A DNA stretch of 54,497 nt from positions 1 through 54,497 of the forward strand of contig CAYHXX010000005.1 in NCBI GenBank assembly GCA_964360785.1, in the 5' to 3' direction. The notes beneath the pieces are model-generated. The model saw only the letters and a program-made list of their open reading frames with translations, did not search any database and was not told the origin of the DNA. A program made the translations under genes and the position numbers. This DNA comes from an uncultured Gammaproteobacteria bacterium (GTDB lineage: Bacteria > Patescibacteriota > Microgenomatia > Woykebacterales > RBG-16-39-9b). Each line of letters opens with the position of its first letter. Positions within the stretch are counted from its first letter, which is position 1. Positions 51,301-54,497 of the stretch are shown here, in pieces.

Positions 51301-53708
51301 GTCAAACAATAAATTACAGTGTTTACTATATGTTGCAAAATCCGAGCTACCCGAGAACCTCAGCCACACCCCCTCCTAAAAATGATCCTGGTTGGACTTT
51401 GTTTACTGGTAGTTTTGACAACAACCTTATTCCCCTTATTGATTGGGTTAAATGGGAAAGAAGTACTCTTTTTCCGGTTGATAACCCTGGAATTGATGAT
51501 GGACAAGATTACGTGGAGTTGGGTCTTAGAGATGTTGGTTCTCCAGACGATACTGCTTTTACCAACAAAGCTTTCCTGATTTGGACCACTGGTGCCGGTG
51601 ACCAAAGTGTTGAGGCAACTGCTCAGGTACGAATTGATACGCCCGGATTCGCTACGACTAGCGGTGGAAATGTTGGTTCAGTCGGCGATCTTGGTGTTGC
51701 ATCTTTAGTGAATATGTCAGCAATTTGTGCTTCGGTTACTACTTGCAATACCAACTATTTAGGTATAGTCGGTGCTGGAAAGACAATAGGGCCTAACTTT
51801 AAATCCTTCAAGGATTGGCTGATAAGTGAGTACACATTTGCAAGTACTGGAGGTGGGCTGAAAACAGATTACGCTTGGATGGACAAAGAGTATGGTAAAA
51901 ATGCGGTTGCTTGTAACTCTGAAGATGAATGTCTCACAGGCTCAGAACATGTAGAAAAATACACCGTGACTCCTGGAAATGTTCTAAAGATTAATACTGT
52001 CGGTAGCTATGCAAACGCTACTTACACTGGTACTCCAAAAATTGTCTTTGTTGACGCAGGCGCGCCTGGAAATAATGATGCCTTGGAAATAAACACAAAC
52101 ATGAAGATGGGTCCTGCTTCAGGAATCATCTTTGTGGTCAATGGTAACGTGAAGGTTGCTTATGGGGTGACAGATCTGGATGGGGTATTTCTAGTCGAAG
52201 GCCAGTTTTCTACTGGTCGGAGGACACAACTTGTTACCAACGGTCAGGCAGGGAAGTTTGCCACTATCAGTATCGGTCGTGATGGCTTTGCTCGGATTGC
52301 TTATGTCAGCGGTGACAATGTCCGTTTTATCAAATGTTTGGATCTAAACTGTACAGGTAAAGAATATGGTTACGTAACTACCGTGGTGGGTAGTGACGTG
52401 AAGACTGTTAGTATGGCTTTGTACGAGACCCCTTTTGGAGCAACGATTGATTATCCAAAGATAGTTGTCGGAATGCGCAATGGTAATGAGGCCACGACTA
52501 AATTTATCAGTTGCTACGACAAAGATACGAGCAATGGGTATAAAGACGGAGAAACCTGTCTTGACAACGATACGGTAATTTACCCGGATGCCAATGACCC
52601 AGAGATTATTGTTGCAACTGATGGTATCCCATCATTTACATTTGGAGTGGGAACAAACGGAGATCGAGCCGTTGCTTATGCAGACTGTCGATTCTGGCCA
52701 GCACCCAGCCCAGATCCGAACTGCCCTTCTCCTGCAATTTATCCAATCGATGGAGGTGCTGGTGTCAATAAAGGTAATGAAACTAGCTATTCTTATGATC
52801 GTATAACTGGATTTTTTGGGTCTTTGGTTGGTACTTATGTTGACCGTTCCGCTGGAAAGAGTGACCTTTGGTTTACTAAACTTCGATACGACAACTTGGG
52901 AACCACTTGCTCGCAAGCAACTAACTGGGACTGTAGAAGAATAGTCGGTTCGGCTGGTAGTCCAGGCAATGTCAGTGCCTACCATACTTCAATTACGCAT
53001 GCTCCTAACGGAATTACTAGAGTAGTTTATCAGGACACTGTTACACATGAACTCAAGTATTTGCAATGTAGTGATAAACCGTGTACAGCAACCCAAACAA
53101 AAATCGTTGATTGTACTTCTGGTTGCCAGGCACAATCTTATGTTTCCGCTGCGACCTCTGGTGTATACAATTGGGTTCTTTATAACGCTAAAATTGGGAC
53201 AAAAAACGAAGTTAAACTAGCTTGGTGCCTTAACCCAAGCTACTGTCATACTGGAGCATTTGACCCGTGGACGAAAACTTCGATTTCAAATGTCTTAGGT
53301 AGCTACGTAAGTGACAATGCGGAGATTTACACCCAATCGCTTGCTCTGGGCAGGGTAACTGAGGTCAATATGCCACGGCTGGTTTTCTTTGATAAGCAGG
53401 GTGATAATAACTTCCTACTCTATGCCAGATGTTCTGATTTTGGTTGTACTCCGGCGAGTACTCATTATGAATTTATAGATGATGGAACTGCTGTGTCGCT
53501 ACCGGATAGGCAACTCAACCTGAAAGGATCGGTTATCGCTTATGGAATTGGTTTGTCAGCTTCTGATGAGGCAATCAATCTGCAAAGAGATTTGTTTGGA
53601 GAGGGTGTCTCCAGGCCAGGCGAAATATTTACCTTGGAGCCAAAGTACTACTACATTTTCCGAAATATTATTAAAGAACCACAGAAGATTAGTGAAACCC
53701 CACCTTAG
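48303..53708 (+). CDS. Giant surface protein (1801 aa) sharing a C-terminal module with the 1097-aa protein, with a nested Cys-paired repeat insertion
   Basis: TTG start overlaps the upstream stop. N-terminal TM/signal. The module from about 51627 (GFATTSGGNVGSVGDLG...) is colinear with 45232-46008 of the other giant protein, ending ..EPKYYYIFRNII..ISETPP versus ..RPEYLWILRDLL..YSETNP. A ~427-aa insert lies at about 52221-53500. Confidence 0.75.
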   Translation: MRFKDFLNLKSKSLLGGGVFLSVALALVLLFTQIIAPKEVAKGDVDASNTDNVWAGTLGPAAVGSASSDIDLVSNVTITADPINPGVYKAGLSVGQTTGYIRSKVIDISPSIAALPGSSLKNWAELSLGIARPVGTTTSFTVDVLCGSSSTEGCILNQPLPLLSNVPLTDDQYTLPASLNSKTKIKIQVNFTRPDTVNPITTLYSWQVQWELNNGVSLAISKSSGNPTPNTANPQLLNGSSPGVNNYNQVAYQASYSLNRSVQNLKIEIPFPTGSYSPITGSTKTYGVTYVGSSGSNTCFNSSGGTVACTSANAVKTVFNLGDKDYPPANVGSVTVTFKINSGPPDDVIFRTRPKISGDDYPAQTLPDDVLNIESWAFAGSTIIAPEYIAANLDFYFIMEMGVASGLFQSDLFNASYVLDYSATTCFSNTIAPVPIGSGASLVSVDTSGRKVTFNFTSPMTNTTSNLRYGVRLRANGTCSAAAGIPTTFTISSEQNSTFVGSRITNATYNGGTYPKFDSSSIRRFDLGLDGPPSLVGAGQLIGYNLRLWQRTSFPTADFWALYKVPSNTTFVAANVAFGELQKLSAFTNNWRIYYSTSTSDPPSRSSGWTELTNGNPITGSKPPCAGPYGCIANPAPAQKITWIKWELGGTALNWDRQMNFDPPMGQVSLVTDNNASGTIVSKAYSYSGSTCSIHFDPAGNTACPITHTINVDNSPYFNVTQTPCLNEWATDQYSGCGSITAPSGGSYYTKVTVWNGHESGPITRGDATNVTVAVRLPDRQYLNPVTPIDLSAADTPHARCTTLVNLWDTNCPLASGVNQNPAPWLNPSAIKCSSATGPSCSVEWQIPIIYAVSKFPTTLPDTYTFHIRLNVRSGLIDQTKICENGIGPCNIDILASTPTESNTNLAKPITSTVKAGSNPNLTVQKELPTGYTSPITYGTGTHFRINYRNLTPSTGAVTSVTIIDRLPINDTVQPAARLNLDPAYLPNNPSAIPSPNNVGQTINYSVYYMLQNPSYPRTSATPPPKNDPGWTLFTGSFDNNLIPLIDWVKWERSTLFPVDNPGIDDGQDYVELGLRDVGSPDDTAFTNKAFLIWTTGAGDQSVEATAQVRIDTPGFATTSGGNVGSVGDLGVASLVNMSAICASVTTCNTNYLGIVGAGKTIGPNFKSFKDWLISEYTFASTGGGLKTDYAWMDKEYGKNAVACNSEDECLTGSEHVEKYTVTPGNVLKINTVGSYANATYTGTPKIVFVDAGAPGNNDALEINTNMKMGPASGIIFVVNGNVKVAYGVTDLDGVFLVEGQFSTGRRTQLVTNGQAGKFATISIGRDGFARIAYVSGDNVRFIKCLDLNCTGKEYGYVTTVVGSDVKTVSMALYETPFGATIDYPKIVVGMRNGNEATTKFISCYDKDTSNGYKDGETCLDNDTVIYPDANDPEIIVATDGIPSFTFGVGTNGDRAVAYADCRFWPAPSPDPNCPSPAIYPIDGGAGVNKGNETSYSYDRITGFFGSLVGTYVDRSAGKSDLWFTKLRYDNLGTTCSQATNWDCRRIVGSAGSPGNVSAYHTSITHAPNGITRVVYQDTVTHELKYLQCSDKPCTATQTKIVDCTSGCQAQSYVSAATSGVYNWVLYNAKIGTKNEVKLAWCLNPSYCHTGAFDPWTKTSISNVLGSYVSDNAEIYTQSLALGRVTEVNMPRLVFFDKQGDNNFLLYARCSDFGCTPASTHYEFIDDGTAVSLPDRQLNLKGSVIAYGIGLSASDEAINLQRDLFGEGVSRPGEIFTLEPKYYYIFRNIIKEPQKISETPP

Positions 53709-53733
53709 TTTCGCAGGATAAGCTCCTTGGTAG

Positions 53734-53762
53734 TTGACAAGGCCCGAATCATTAGTTAGAAT
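53734..53762 (+). promoter_or_regulatory. Candidate rRNA operon promoter
   Basis: TTGACA (53734-53739), 17-nt spacer, TAGAAT (53757-53762), about 425 nt upstream of the 16S 5' end. Confidence 0.5.
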
Positions 53763-54186
53763 CGGCTTCACAATATGGTTTAGATTTTGTCTCCACAAAT
53801 GCCCTCGTAGCTTTGGAAAAGAGACTAGAAATTCTAGGCTCTTTTTGTTGGCTAAAGGGAAGTGGTAAGTTACAAGTGTCAGGTGTCAAAGCTAAGTAAA
53901 CTCGTGACACATGATACATGCAACCTGAAACATGTAATGCACATTAAAAATTGAATACCTTTCGATAGATGCATAATATCCTGTGATCTATCGAGAGTTA
54001 GAATATTGTTTGGCTGTATGTTCAAGAGCCAAACAAGACGTGAATACGTCAATCTTTGAGCAAACAATTTCTCTCTCCCCGCCAGTTGGCGGGCTTGAGA
54101 GAACTTCAAACCGACCTTTATGGTCGTCCGCCAACCGGCGGATCTTTTTCGGAGAGTTTGGCTTTCGTAAGAAAGCAAACGATCCT

Positions 54187-54497
<311 letters not shown>

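Overview
This looks like a chromosomal segment of a low-GC, small-genome, monoderm-type bacterium. Gene content and the 16S 5' end resemble Candidate Phyla Radiation/Patescibacteria, but that is inference only. The backbone is ordinary. It holds a split SUF Fe-S operon (sufB fragment, short sufD, sufS, sufU) and a cyt-b5-like / membrane haem-like / ferredoxin / FAD-reductase cluster. It also holds a ZIP transporter, a CheY-like receiver, a DUF59 protein, a CvpA-CAP fusion, PrsW, a Xer-type recombinase, an FtsB-like protein, a CYTH protein and a tRNA-binding protein. Further housekeeping genes are trpS, ftsH, a polA without a proofreading domain, two tandem fpg/mutM paralogs, GT2 and GT4 glycosyltransferases, folD, an N-domain-less clpB, Fic, an ATP-dependent DNA ligase, an EndoQ-like nuclease and mnmA. 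There are two small toxin-antitoxin pairs, three pilin-like proteins and two giant surface proteins (1097 and 1801 aa). RNA genes are three tRNAs plus a tRNA 5' fragment, and the first ~310 nt of a 16S rRNA. No CRISPR array, transposase or recognisable defence system is visible. The most unusual signal is six visibly GC-rich islands inserted between these housekeeping genes: about 8948-9830, 17622-18157, 23449-24462, 25334-26088, 31626-32036 and 34297-35477. Each is a self-contained unit with a host-type TTGAC(A/T)-N16/17-TAnnnT promoter, a long GC-rich leader, a strong Shine-Dalgarno site with small unrecognisable ORF(s) or no ORF at all, and a hairpin terminator. Two islands (23449-24462 and 25334-26088) share homologous AT-rich ends but carry different GC-rich payloads, one of which is a ~320-nt ORF-free, apparently structured RNA. 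Secondary signals are a four-copy intergenic structured repeat family with compensatory stem changes, a recurrent CCGCCAG/CTGGCGG palindrome, a tandem hairpin array next to the tRNA cluster, and a shared C-terminal module in the two giant proteins that is split in one by a ~427-aa repeat insertion. All functional calls come from reading motifs by eye; no database search was possible.
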